In this document: piece after piece, positions 1 to 8,041 of the stretch | Layout: the number at the start of each line of letters is the position of its first letter | How positions within the stretch are numbered: the first letter of the stretch is position 1 | NCBI GenBank assembly: GCA_049472315.1 | Contig: JBLIRN010000071.1 | Span: 1-13,795, forward strand | DNA length: 13,795 nucleotides | Direction of reading: 5' to 3' | Source: a bacterium | Lineage (GTDB): Bacteria > SZUA-182 > DTGQ01 > JAFGSM01 | Program-made: the position numbers and the translations under genes | Notes under the pieces: generated by a model | What the model saw: only the letters and a program-made list of their open reading frames with translations | The model's database searches: none | What the model was told of the DNA's origin: nothing

Positions 1-444
1 CCTGATCTTTTGTTTGAAGACAGGAAATTTCAGCGTAATGGAGGATTTCACGAACTCCGATATGCATATGATCCCGTCGGCAAGGGAGAGCGGGATGCGA
101 TGGGGATGGTTCAGATAGCAGTGCTGGTAGAGAACCAAGAGGGAATGGGGATGAAGCCTCTTGAGATACCAGCCTCGAATGAGGTCATAGTAGCGATTCA
201 CATGAATGATTCTGGGATTTACGGATCTTGAAGGAGTCTTACGGAACTGAAAAAATCCTCGTAACCCATGGGAGATGGATGAAACCCGCCCCTGCTGCGA
301 ATAGCGCTTTGCAAACTCACCTCCCTCCCTGACCATGATCCAATAAGGGATACCCCTTCTGCTAAGACGGCCCGTGAGCACATCAAGGTACTCTTCTGCA
401 CCGCCCCACCCCTTGGCCATCGAAAGGATGATGATCTCATTCAT
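1..444 (-). CDS. Glycosyltransferase family 4 (GT-B) protein, N-terminal part; truncated by window edge
   Basis: Translated by hand (not in the ORF track). ATG at 444 with GAGGG upstream; open to position 1: MNEIIILSMAKGWGGAEEYLDVLTGRLSRRG...RIIHVNRYYD...ADGIICISEFVKSSI... The GGAE, IIHVN and IICISEFVK motifs are typical of the GT4 N-terminal domain; lies downstream of LPS core genes. Confidence 0.85.
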   Translation of the reverse strand, partial: MNEIIILSMAKGWGGAEEYLDVLTGRLSRRGIPYWIMVREGGEFAKRYSQQGRVSSISHGLRGFFQFRKTPSRSVNPRIIHVNRYYDLIRGWYLKRLHPHSLLVLYQHCYLNHPHRIPLSLADGIICISEFVKSSITLKFPVFKQKIR

Positions 445-497
445 GATCGGGATACCCTCATGTTCGCACCTGCCGGTATTTCTCCCTATCCCGGATC

Positions 498-1556
498 TTA
501 TTGACGGCGGGACTCTAGGAGATCCTTGAGGGCCTGTTCCACTTGGCAGGGCATTATACCTTTCAGGCAATCCTGATGAATACATAGCCTTTTGTAGCAG
601 GGGGCGCAGGCCACGGGGGCAGAGAGCACCCTGCTTCGTGCACCCTCACCCTGCCATCCGAAGGGGCCGGTGCGCAGGGGATTTGACGGACCGAACAGGG
701 CTATGACCGGAAGGCCTACGGCAACGGCAAGGTGCATCGGCCCCGAATCATTGGTAACCAGACATCGTCCCCTCCTGAAAAGGACGGCAAGGGACTTCAG
801 GCTGGTCCTTCCCGCCAGGTTGTATACCCTGTCCCCAAGCCCTTGAAAGGCCCGTTCCATTGGTTCCCTGTCACCTGGCCCCCCTATGAGAAGAACGTGG
901 TATCCATTGTCGGATAACGCACGGATGAGTTCCCTGAAGTGTTCCCACGGCCATATCTTCGAGGACCAGCGCGCATTGGGATTAATATATATTATCTTTT
1001 TATTTTTATTGGCATTAAATCCTATTTCTTCAAGTAATTTATTAGCACTATCCACCTCCTTTTCACTCACCGGGAGAAAGAACTGCGGCTCATCCACATC
1101 CACCCCCAAATAGCGGGGGATCTCCAGATAGCGTGTCACCGCGTGTTGATCGAGGGTGGTGAGCCGTACATGCTCATTATAAAAGATATTGGCCTTCTCC
1201 CGCACCCGGTCGAACCCGATCTTCCGTTTACCCCTGCTCAATCCCACAATAAGGCCGCTCCTGAAAAGCCCCTGGAAGTCGATTACCATGTCGTATTCCC
1301 TCTGCCTCAGCGTTCCAAGAAATCCCTTGATTCCTGAGGAGACCTTCCGTATGCGCCAGGGTGCCTTTATCCACGACTTTCTCGAAAGGATGATGAGCCG
1401 GTCGATATGGGGATGACCTTCCAGGATGCCGGCATTTTGCTCCTCCACCACCCAGTCTATCTGCGCACCGGGAAATCCCTTCCTCAGTGCTTCAAGACAG
1501 GGAAGGCAATGGATCACATCCCCCAGGGAGCTCATCTTTACGATCAGTATGCGCAT
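498..1556 (-). CDS. waaC: LPS heptosyltransferase, GT9 family (WaaC-like)
   Basis: 352 aa. Begins MRILIVKMSSLGDVIH (WaaC-type); contains DFQGLFRS, SKIWP, LAGRTSL and VTNDSGPMHLAVAVGLPVIALFGPS. AAGGA RBS upstream. GT9 is secure; WaaC versus WaaF specificity is inferred. Confidence 0.85.
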   Translation of the reverse strand: MRILIVKMSSLGDVIHCLPCLEALRKGFPGAQIDWVVEEQNAGILEGHPHIDRLIILSRKSWIKAPWRIRKVSSGIKGFLGTLRQREYDMVIDFQGLFRSGLIVGLSRGKRKIGFDRVREKANIFYNEHVRLTTLDQHAVTRYLEIPRYLGVDVDEPQFFLPVSEKEVDSANKLLEEIGFNANKNKKIIYINPNARWSSKIWPWEHFRELIRALSDNGYHVLLIGGPGDREPMERAFQGLGDRVYNLAGRTSLKSLAVLFRRGRCLVTNDSGPMHLAVAVGLPVIALFGPSNPLRTGPFGWQGEGARSRVLSAPVACAPCYKRLCIHQDCLKGIMPCQVEQALKDLLESRRQ

Positions 1557-1644
1557 GCGTTAATCCTTAAGGATCAAGGTATTGGCAGAATCGTGCCCAT
1601 CCGTGCATGGATCATGTGATCCCCAACCTCCTGAGCCATTGTCT

Positions 1645-2742
1645 TTATCCCTTCGATTCGGCCCGTTCCACACCCAGGAGCCGGAGCCGGTCGATTTCCT
1701 CGAACACCTCTTCAGTCCGAATCGATTCCATGCACAGGGGTCTTCCCTCGGGCCCGGGGCTGCACTCGGTGAAGAATCTCTGCCTGCACGGATGACACGG
1801 GAACCGTTTGGATATCACCCTGCATCGCGCCGGGTCTCCCCAGGGACCGAATTTCTCCACCGACTGGGGGCCGAAGAGTGCCACCAGGGGCAGATGGAGT
1901 GCCGCGGCAAGGTGCATGATCCCGCTGTCGTTACCCACAAAAAGACTGGCCAGGGAAAGGAGCGCCATGCTCTGACGGATATCGGTGCTGCCTATGGCCA
2001 TGAGGCTGGTGCCCCTCTGCCCGTTCCTGATCTCCTCCGCCTGCCCCAGGTCCCCTTTCCCTCCAAGCCACAGTGCCGGCCATCTCCATTCCTGCCACGC
2101 CCCGTTTGCAAGCTCGATAAAGCGATCCAGGGGCCAGCTCCGCTCCCGCACCGCAGAAAAGGGATGCAGGGCAATGACAGGCTCCCCCGGCATCCATCCC
2201 AGATTCGTGAGAAACCGCATGGCCCCTTCCCGCTCCTCCTTCGAGATCCAGGCCTCCAGGTAATCGTCAGCAACCTCGATGCCGTCATGCCGCAGGCAAT
2301 TCAAGAAATTCTGCACCTCATGCAGGGTGTGGTCATAGGGTACCCTGGTGGTGAGGAGGATTCCTCTGCCCTCCGTGTCAAAGCCTATCCTCTCAGGGGC
2401 TCCGGAAAGGTATCCCATGAGGGCCGAGGAAAAGCTCCTCTTCAGCACGTACACCTTGTCATAACCATTCCCGCGTAACTGCCGGACGAATCCGCATTTC
2501 GCCCCCAATTTCCTATGGGTGCCCAGGCAATCCCCGTGGATTGTCTGAGGGTCCCAGTAAAGGATGCGATCCACGTAAGGGATCCCCTGCAGAACATCCC
2601 CGGAAAGGGGGGCGAGCACCAGATGAATGACTGCATCAGGCTCCGCCCTCCTCAGGTTTCTCAGGAAGGGGACGGTGAGGATGGTATCCCCTATGAACCG
2701 ATAGCGAAGAACAAGTATATTCCGGGGTCTGTCCCTTTTCAT
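1645..2742 (-). CDS. waaF: LPS heptosyltransferase, GT9 family (WaaF-like)
   Basis: NILVLRYRFIGDTILTVPFLRNLR, RIGFD, ERSWP, FVGNDSGIMHLAAALHLPLVALFGP. Start moved from the ORF-track 2787 to ATG 2742, which forms an ATGA overlap with the upstream stop (2739-2742). Exact specificity uncertain. Confidence 0.75.
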   Translation of the reverse strand: MKRDRPRNILVLRYRFIGDTILTVPFLRNLRRAEPDAVIHLVLAPLSGDVLQGIPYVDRILYWDPQTIHGDCLGTHRKLGAKCGFVRQLRGNGYDKVYVLKRSFSSALMGYLSGAPERIGFDTEGRGILLTTRVPYDHTLHEVQNFLNCLRHDGIEVADDYLEAWISKEEREGAMRFLTNLGWMPGEPVIALHPFSAVRERSWPLDRFIELANGAWQEWRWPALWLGGKGDLGQAEEIRNGQRGTSLMAIGSTDIRQSMALLSLASLFVGNDSGIMHLAAALHLPLVALFGPQSVEKFGPWGDPARCRVISKRFPCHPCRQRFFTECSPGPEGRPLCMESIRTEEVFEEIDRLRLLGVERAESKG

Positions 2743-3677
2743 GCCCGTTTCCGATAGAGCCACTGTCCGTCCGGGGTGCTCTTCCACCTGCGATGCAGCC
2801 AGAAGTATTGTTCGGGGCGCTCACGAATCCAGCGCTCCAGGATCGAGGTGACTTCCTGGGTGATCCTGGGTATCTCCGTTTCCCGTGCATCCCTAGCATA
2901 ATTCACCTCGAGGGGGGGCTCCGCCTCGATGACCTGTATTCCCGAATCCTCCCGATATACGTGCACGGGGATGATGGGGGCGCGGGTTTGAACTGCAAAT
3001 CGGGCGGTCCCGGTAGGGGTGGAGGTGGGGTGCCCGAAAAACTCCACCAGGATTCCCCTGATCAAGCCGAAATCCTGGTCGCTCAACATGCATACCACAC
3101 GGTTTCTCTTGAGCGCGCTCAGGATGAGCCTGCCCGCATCCTCCACCGGATTGATCTCGGCTCCGAAACCCCTGCGCAGGCTGGTCAGCTCCCGGTCGAT
3201 GTATGGGTTCCGCACCTTTTTGACCACAAGGCTTATGGGGATGCCCTGCTGGGCCAGGGCAAGGGCGCCCAGCTCGAAGTTGCCGAAATGGCCGGTTGCA
3301 AGGAGAACACCCCTGTTCTCCCGGAGGGCATCCCTGAGGATCTCGATGCGGGGAAACCTGAATGCGGTATCCGGACGCGCCAGGATCCTGTCCATGTTTG
3401 CAAGCTCCAGAAGCGTTTTGAAGAGGTGCCCGTTCATCCTGCGGCTGAGGACCTCGATGGGCTCCCCCCGATAGCGATCCCCAAACGCATACCGCAGATT
3501 GGCCCGGGCGATGTACTGTTTGACCCCAATAACCCGGAATACCCAATTGCCTATTCGATCCCCATTTTTCATCATCAGGCTGAAGGGGAGTATGCGGAGA
3601 AGGGTCTTGAGAAGGAGGTATCCCCCGTATTCTGCTCGATATCGTGACATGAGTGAAAAATCCCTGAATACGGCCAT
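2739..3677 (-). CDS. lpxL: Lipid A late (lauroyl/myristoyl) acyltransferase, LpxL/HtrB family
   Basis: 312 aa. ARANL, GVLLATGHFGNFE, LSDQD, VEFFG and RERPEQYFWLHRRWK motifs. TGATG overlap with waaA at 3675-3679. Confidence 0.88.
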   Translation of the reverse strand: MAVFRDFSLMSRYRAEYGGYLLLKTLLRILPFSLMMKNGDRIGNWVFRVIGVKQYIARANLRYAFGDRYRGEPIEVLSRRMNGHLFKTLLELANMDRILARPDTAFRFPRIEILRDALRENRGVLLATGHFGNFELGALALAQQGIPISLVVKKVRNPYIDRELTSLRRGFGAEINPVEDAGRLILSALKRNRVVCMLSDQDFGLIRGILVEFFGHPTSTPTGTARFAVQTRAPIIPVHVYREDSGIQVIEAEPPLEVNYARDARETEIPRITQEVTSILERWIRERPEQYFWLHRRWKSTPDGQWLYRKRA

Positions 3678-4978
3678 CAGGGCCCCTCGATTATGCCCAT
3701 GATTTCCTTGCAGGTCCGGAGGGCTGAACCCCGGTTTGCATCCACCACCTTCCGTGCAGCCTGCCCCATCACGTGCCTGAGCTGCGGATCGGCAAGAAGA
3801 TCGGAGAGGGTAGTGAACAACGCCTCCTCCCGGATCATCCGTGCCGCCTGAGCCTCCATGAGCAGCGCACTGATGGACCTGAAATTCTGCATGTGCGGAC
3901 CAAAGATCACGGGCTTTCCGAAGAAGGCCGGCTCAAGGGGATTCTGCCCCCCGTGGGGGATGAAGCTCCCTCCGATGATCACCATGGTTGCCAGGCTGTA
4001 AATCCTCGCCAGCACACCGATTACATCCACAATAAGCACCTCCCCTCCCCCTATCCTCGCATTCTCCGGAAGGGTGCTCCAACGACGATGGGGGGTGCCG
4101 CCCTCCCGCAGCATCTGTGCGATACCTTCGGCCCGCTCGACATGCCGGGGCACGAGAATGAGGACCAGTTCCGGATACGATGAGCAGAGCCTTGTAAATG
4201 CGTCCACGATGGGGCGTTCCTCTCCCGGATGGGTGCTCCCCGCCACCAGGACAGACCGGTCCTCCTTGATGCCCAGGCGCGATCGAAGCGATGCAGTCGC
4301 CTGCTCGTCCATGGCAAGGTGACTCAGGTCGAATTTGATGTTCCCGGTGACCTTTACCCTGACCGGATCAGCGCCCAGGGCGAGGATCCTTCGAGCATCG
4401 AGAGGGGACTGCATGCACAGGGTGCGGAATTTTCTGAGCAGGGGCCGGATAAGCGGCCTGAAAAACCGGTACCGGGTAAAGGACCGGTCCGAGATCCTCC
4501 CGTTGATAAGGATCAGGGGGATGTGGAGACGGGAGGCGGCGCGCATGAAATTCGGCCACAGTTCGGTCTCGGTGAGACAGATGCAATCGGGGCTGGTGCG
4601 TCTCAGGAACGAGGCGCATACGATACCGAAGTCGATCGGAAAGTAGAGTATCCGGTCAAGGGGGGCACCCATCTGTTCCGCCGCATTCCGGCCGGTGCCG
4701 GTGGTGGTGGTGAGATAGATCTCCCATTCCGGGCGTTGTCTCTTCAATTCCTTGATGACGGGGATTACCGCCCTGGTCTCGCCGACGGAAACGGAATGGA
4801 GAAGGATACGCGTACCCCTCTTGATCTTCGGCTCAGGAGGGGATATCCCGATCCTCTGCAGCAAATCGGGCCGATACCTCCCGCCCCTCCCTGTCCGCCT
4901 CACATAGAAGGGGGCGTACAGCAGAAGTGCCACAAAAAGCAGGGCGCTGTAAATCGTATAGAAAACAACGCCCATCAC
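3677..4978 (-). CDS. waaA: 3-deoxy-D-manno-octulosonic acid (Kdo) transferase
   Basis: N-terminal membrane anchor; HSVSVGE, TTTTGTG, YFPID, ETELWPN, NGRISDRS, GNIKFD, AGSTHPGEE, VPRHVER and GGSFIPHGGQNPLEPA. Start is GTG 4978 or ATG 4975. Confidence 0.96.
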   Translation of the reverse strand: MMGVVFYTIYSALLFVALLLYAPFYVRRTGRGGRYRPDLLQRIGISPPEPKIKRGTRILLHSVSVGETRAVIPVIKELKRQRPEWEIYLTTTTGTGRNAAEQMGAPLDRILYFPIDFGIVCASFLRRTSPDCICLTETELWPNFMRAASRLHIPLILINGRISDRSFTRYRFFRPLIRPLLRKFRTLCMQSPLDARRILALGADPVRVKVTGNIKFDLSHLAMDEQATASLRSRLGIKEDRSVLVAGSTHPGEERPIVDAFTRLCSSYPELVLILVPRHVERAEGIAQMLREGGTPHRRWSTLPENARIGGGEVLIVDVIGVLARIYSLATMVIIGGSFIPHGGQNPLEPAFFGKPVIFGPHMQNFRSISALLMEAQAARMIREEALFTTLSDLLADPQLRHVMGQAARKVVDANRGSALRTCKEIMGIIEGP

Positions 4979-5640
4979 CTATTGCACCCGGGAATCCGCC
5001 TCTGCAACCGTGTCCTCAAGAAGGTGTGCAAGGCGTTCACGATATCTGTCCATGTCTTCTCCGGAAAGGTGTTGGGGAACCCAGAGGGGAGGCCCGATGA
5101 CAAATATCCCCCTGCAAAAGGGTAAGGGGATCAAGAAGCGATCCCAACTGGAAAGCGTTTTTTTTTTGAACTGCTGAACGCAATAGGAACAAGAGGCGCA
5201 CCGGTCATGCCGGCGAGCAGCAGGGCGCCGTCCTTGACACTGTGCCGGGGACCTTTGGGCCCATCGGGGGTGATGGCGCCGTGGCAACCACCGCGCATTG
5301 CCTTGATCATCCGTCTCAGGGCAAGGCTTCCTCCGCGTGTGCTGGACCCCCGCACCGTCTCAAAGCCGAACCAGGATACGATCCTGCTGATGTACTCACC
5401 ATCCTTGTGCTGGCTGATCAGGATGCTCACCTTCTCCCCAACGGCAATAAAGGGCATCATGAACAGACGATCATGCCAAAAGCAGTAAATCACCCGCTGT
5501 CCCTTGTCTGCGAGCAGATTCCTCAGTCGCTCATGGTGAACAAATTCGAATCGGATGGTCAGGGCGAGGAATCGTATGAGGAGATACCCGATAAACCCGA
5601 TTATGGCCATACTGAAATCGGACAGATGCACCCTTTTCAT
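4979..5640 (-). CDS. DUF374 / lysophospholipid acyltransferase-like protein, interrupted by a -1 frame transition at an A10 run (joined product 220 aa)
   Basis: Frame 1 (5640-5131) has FWHDR, ISQHKDGE, RGSSTRGG and ITPDGPKGP. The family C-terminal motif SWDRFLIPLPF lies in the other frame (5158-4979), entered at the A10 run. Its TAG directly abuts the waaA start. Confidence 0.85.
5158..5167 (-). repeat. Homopolymer A10 (T10 on + strand) at the DUF374 frame transition
   Basis: + strand gcg-tttttttttt-gaa; coding strand TCA AAA AAA AAA CGC. Longest homopolymer I found in the window. Confidence 0.95.
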
Positions 5641-5653
5641 TCGTTGCTGATCC

Positions 5654-5683
5654 CTTATAGCACTTTATAGTGGATACTGTCAC
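5654..5683 (-). promoter_or_regulatory. Possible internal sigma70-type promoter upstream of DUF374-waaA
   Basis: Minus strand GTGACA-N18-TATAAG with TG one base before the -10 (TGcTATAAG), in the 85-nt lpxB/DUF374 gap. Consensus similarity only. Confidence 0.3.
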
Positions 5684-5725
5684 CCGTATATCCACACCAT
5701 GTCTTTATTTGTATCAGGTAGCCCT

Positions 5726-6886
5726 TCATGACGCAAGGGGTTCGGTCCGCCCGCCCAAGAAATGAACCACCTCTCGGGCAGCCCTGGCGGCAGCCCCGGG
5801 CTCTCCCAGATTCCTTCTGACCCTGGCAAGCCCCTGAACAATCGTCCGCCTTCTGTCGTGATCGGTCATGATGGCCAGGGCCGTCTCAGCGAGACGCTCC
5901 CCGGTGGCGTCTCCCTGGATGAGCTCCGGGACAATCGTTTCACCTGCGACGATATTGACCAGCCCGATGGCAGGGACCCGTACGAGCATCCGTCCGATCC
6001 AATAGGTCGGCCAGCTCAATCGATAGAGCACCACCATGGGAACACCGATCACCGCAGCCTCCAGCGTGGCGGTACCGGAGGCCACAAAGGCGATCTCTGC
6101 AGACTTGAGCGCTTCATACGTATATCCCTGGATCTCGACGATCGGCACGGCATCCGCATATTTCCGTATCAATGGCTCGAGGGATGCTCGATCAATGGTC
6201 GGGGCTACGATCAAGGCGAAACGCCAGTTTTCGGGATGCTGTTCCATCAATCCTCGTGATCCCTCGAGCATGACCGGCAGTATCCGTTTCACCTCCCCGT
6301 GTCTGCTTCCGGGCATGAGGGCCACCAGTCGTTCGTCCCCCCTGAGGCCGAATTTCACCTTGAATGACTCCTGGCTTATCCGGGGGCGCAATGAATCCAT
6401 AATCGGGTGCCCCACGAACCGGACATTTACCCCCGCCTCCTTGTAAAACGCCACCTCAAAGGGGAAAATGACCAGCATGCGGTCGACCCACCGGGATATA
6501 AACCTCACCCTTCCCCTGCGCCAGGCCCATATCTGGGGACTTATATAGTAGATTACCTTGATCCCCATTCGCTTTGCCACGCGGGCAACCCTGAGGTTGA
6601 AATCGGGATAGTCGATGAGAATGACCGCATCGGGCCGCTGCGCCTTGAGGAAGTCCCTTACAATACGGAAGCATTCAAGGATAGTGTTGGCGTGGCCGAG
6701 CACCTCCACAATTCCCATCACGGCGAGCTTCCGGCAGTCAACCAGGATAGTGGCACCTTCGGCTGCCATTCGCTCTCCGCCGACGGCAAAGAAAGCCATG
6801 CCCGGATCAAGTCCCTTCATTTCATGGATCAGGCCGGCACCATGGAGATCGCCCGAAGCTTCACCCGCAATAATGAGTACCTTCAT
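5726..6886 (-). CDS. lpxB: Lipid-A-disaccharide synthase
   Basis: IIAGEASGDLHGA, IDYPDFNL, YYISPQIWAWR, IFPFE, FVGHP, MPGSRHGE, ASGTATLE and PELIQ are all LpxB signature motifs. Confidence 0.97.
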   Translation of the reverse strand: MKVLIIAGEASGDLHGAGLIHEMKGLDPGMAFFAVGGERMAAEGATILVDCRKLAVMGIVEVLGHANTILECFRIVRDFLKAQRPDAVILIDYPDFNLRVARVAKRMGIKVIYYISPQIWAWRRGRVRFISRWVDRMLVIFPFEVAFYKEAGVNVRFVGHPIMDSLRPRISQESFKVKFGLRGDERLVALMPGSRHGEVKRILPVMLEGSRGLMEQHPENWRFALIVAPTIDRASLEPLIRKYADAVPIVEIQGYTYEALKSAEIAFVASGTATLEAAVIGVPMVVLYRLSWPTYWIGRMLVRVPAIGLVNIVAGETIVPELIQGDATGERLAETALAIMTDHDRRRTIVQGLARVRRNLGEPGAAARAAREVVHFLGGRTEPLAS

Positions 6887-6896
6887 AGATACGATG

Positions 6897-8003
6897 TCAG
6901 CCCTTGTCCATTAGTTCTACGATTGTCTCGGAAACCTCTTTGATTTGCGCAGGGCTTATGAATGGAGACATGGGAAGGGAAAGGACCTCCTTACTCACAC
7001 GTTCGCTGACGGACAGATCCCCCTCCTCGATGCTCACGCTTTTGTAGATTGGCTGGAGATGGAGCGGTATGGGATAGTGGACCGCAGAGGCAATTCCTCG
7101 TGCCCGTAATCCCTCCCTGATCCTGTCCCTCTCCTTGATACGAATGGTATATTGATTGTATACGTGTTTATTGTTCGGTTCTTCCACCGGGGTAACGGCA
7201 TCCCTTCCCTGCAGAAGGGAATCGTAGAGGTGGGCCCGCTCACGTCTGACATTGTTCCATTCATCCACATACGCAAGCTTAACCCTCAGTATCGCAGCCT
7301 GAAGCTCATCCAACCGGCTGTTGAATCCCAGGACCTTGTGGTTATATTGCTCTTCAGCCCCATGCTGGCGGAGCAGCTTGACCTTCTGGTAGATATCCTG
7401 ATCCGCGGTGACCACCATCCCCCCATCCCCATAGCAGCCAAGATTCTTTGCCGGATAGAAGCTGAAGCACCCCACGTCTCCCAATGATCCCACCTTGTTC
7501 CCCTTATATTCGGCGCCGAAGGCCTGGGCGCAATCCTCGACCACCTTGAGTCCGTTATTCTTTGCAATCTCCAGGATGGGCTCCATATCGGCAGCCTGTC
7601 CGTAAAGATGCACAGGGATGATTGCCTTGGTTCTCTTGGTTATCTTGGCGGCAATCTTCTTGGTGTCAATCGTAAAGTTTTTCTGATCAATGTCCACGAA
7701 TATCGGCTGGGCACCCAAATGAGACACAACCTCAGCAGTTGCCACGAAGGTAAAGGGGGTGGTGATGACCTCGTCCCCCTTGCCGACCCCGCATGCGATC
7801 AATGCCAGATGGAGCGCCTCCGTTCCGGATCCCACACCCACTGCATACTCAACATTGCAGTAGCTGGCGATGGCGGCTTCAAGGGATTCCACCTCTGGCC
7901 CCAGGATAAAGCGACCCGATTCCAGGACACGATGGACGGCCTGATCGATTTGATCCTTCAGGGATCGATATTCGGTTGTGAGATCCATCATGGAAATAGG
8001 CAT
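6897..8003 (-). CDS. DegT/DnrJ/EryC1/StrS PLP-dependent sugar aminotransferase (GnnB/WbpE-like)
   Basis: SGRFILGPEV, SGTEAL, GDEVITTPFTFVATAE, IIPVHLYGQ, EDCAQAFG, SFYPAKNLGCYGDGG (PLP lysine), NSRLDELQAA and VHYPIPLH. Start placed at ATG 8003 (MPISMMDL) downstream of GAGGTG; the ORF track extends it to 8051. Confidence 0.93.
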   Translation of the reverse strand: MPISMMDLTTEYRSLKDQIDQAVHRVLESGRFILGPEVESLEAAIASYCNVEYAVGVGSGTEALHLALIACGVGKGDEVITTPFTFVATAEVVSHLGAQPIFVDIDQKNFTIDTKKIAAKITKRTKAIIPVHLYGQAADMEPILEIAKNNGLKVVEDCAQAFGAEYKGNKVGSLGDVGCFSFYPAKNLGCYGDGGMVVTADQDIYQKVKLLRQHGAEEQYNHKVLGFNSRLDELQAAILRVKLAYVDEWNNVRRERAHLYDSLLQGRDAVTPVEEPNNKHVYNQYTIRIKERDRIREGLRARGIASAVHYPIPLHLQPIYKSVSIEEGDLSVSERVSKEVLSLPMSPFISPAQIKEVSETIVELMDKG

Positions 8004-8041
8004 ACCCGGCACCGCACCTCTCTTTCTGTTGATTCGGTCAA

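Noticed and set aside
10..440. ORF-track entries 10-231 (+) and 219-440 (-)
   Set aside because: They overlap the GT4 frame (444 to 1), which has clear family motifs.
1585..1600. Sigma54-like GGCACGATTCTGC upstream of waaC
   Set aside because: With GGCACG aligned to the consensus, the GG-to-GC spacing is 9 rather than the required 10.
2912..2918. C7 run (G7 on +) in lpxL as a phase-variable tract
   Set aside because: Short, in frame, and unremarkable in GC-rich DNA.
1582..5125. Long plus-strand ORFs (1582-2478, 2793-3647, 4229-5125) and similar antisense ORFs up to about 10800
   Set aside because: They are antisense shadows of well-supported GC-rich genes, have no recognisable motifs, and are expected from codon bias.
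5168..5287. N-terminal part of ORF 4979-5287 as an independent gene
   Set aside because: Residues before the A10 run are out-of-frame DUF374 sequence; only the part after the run is family-like.
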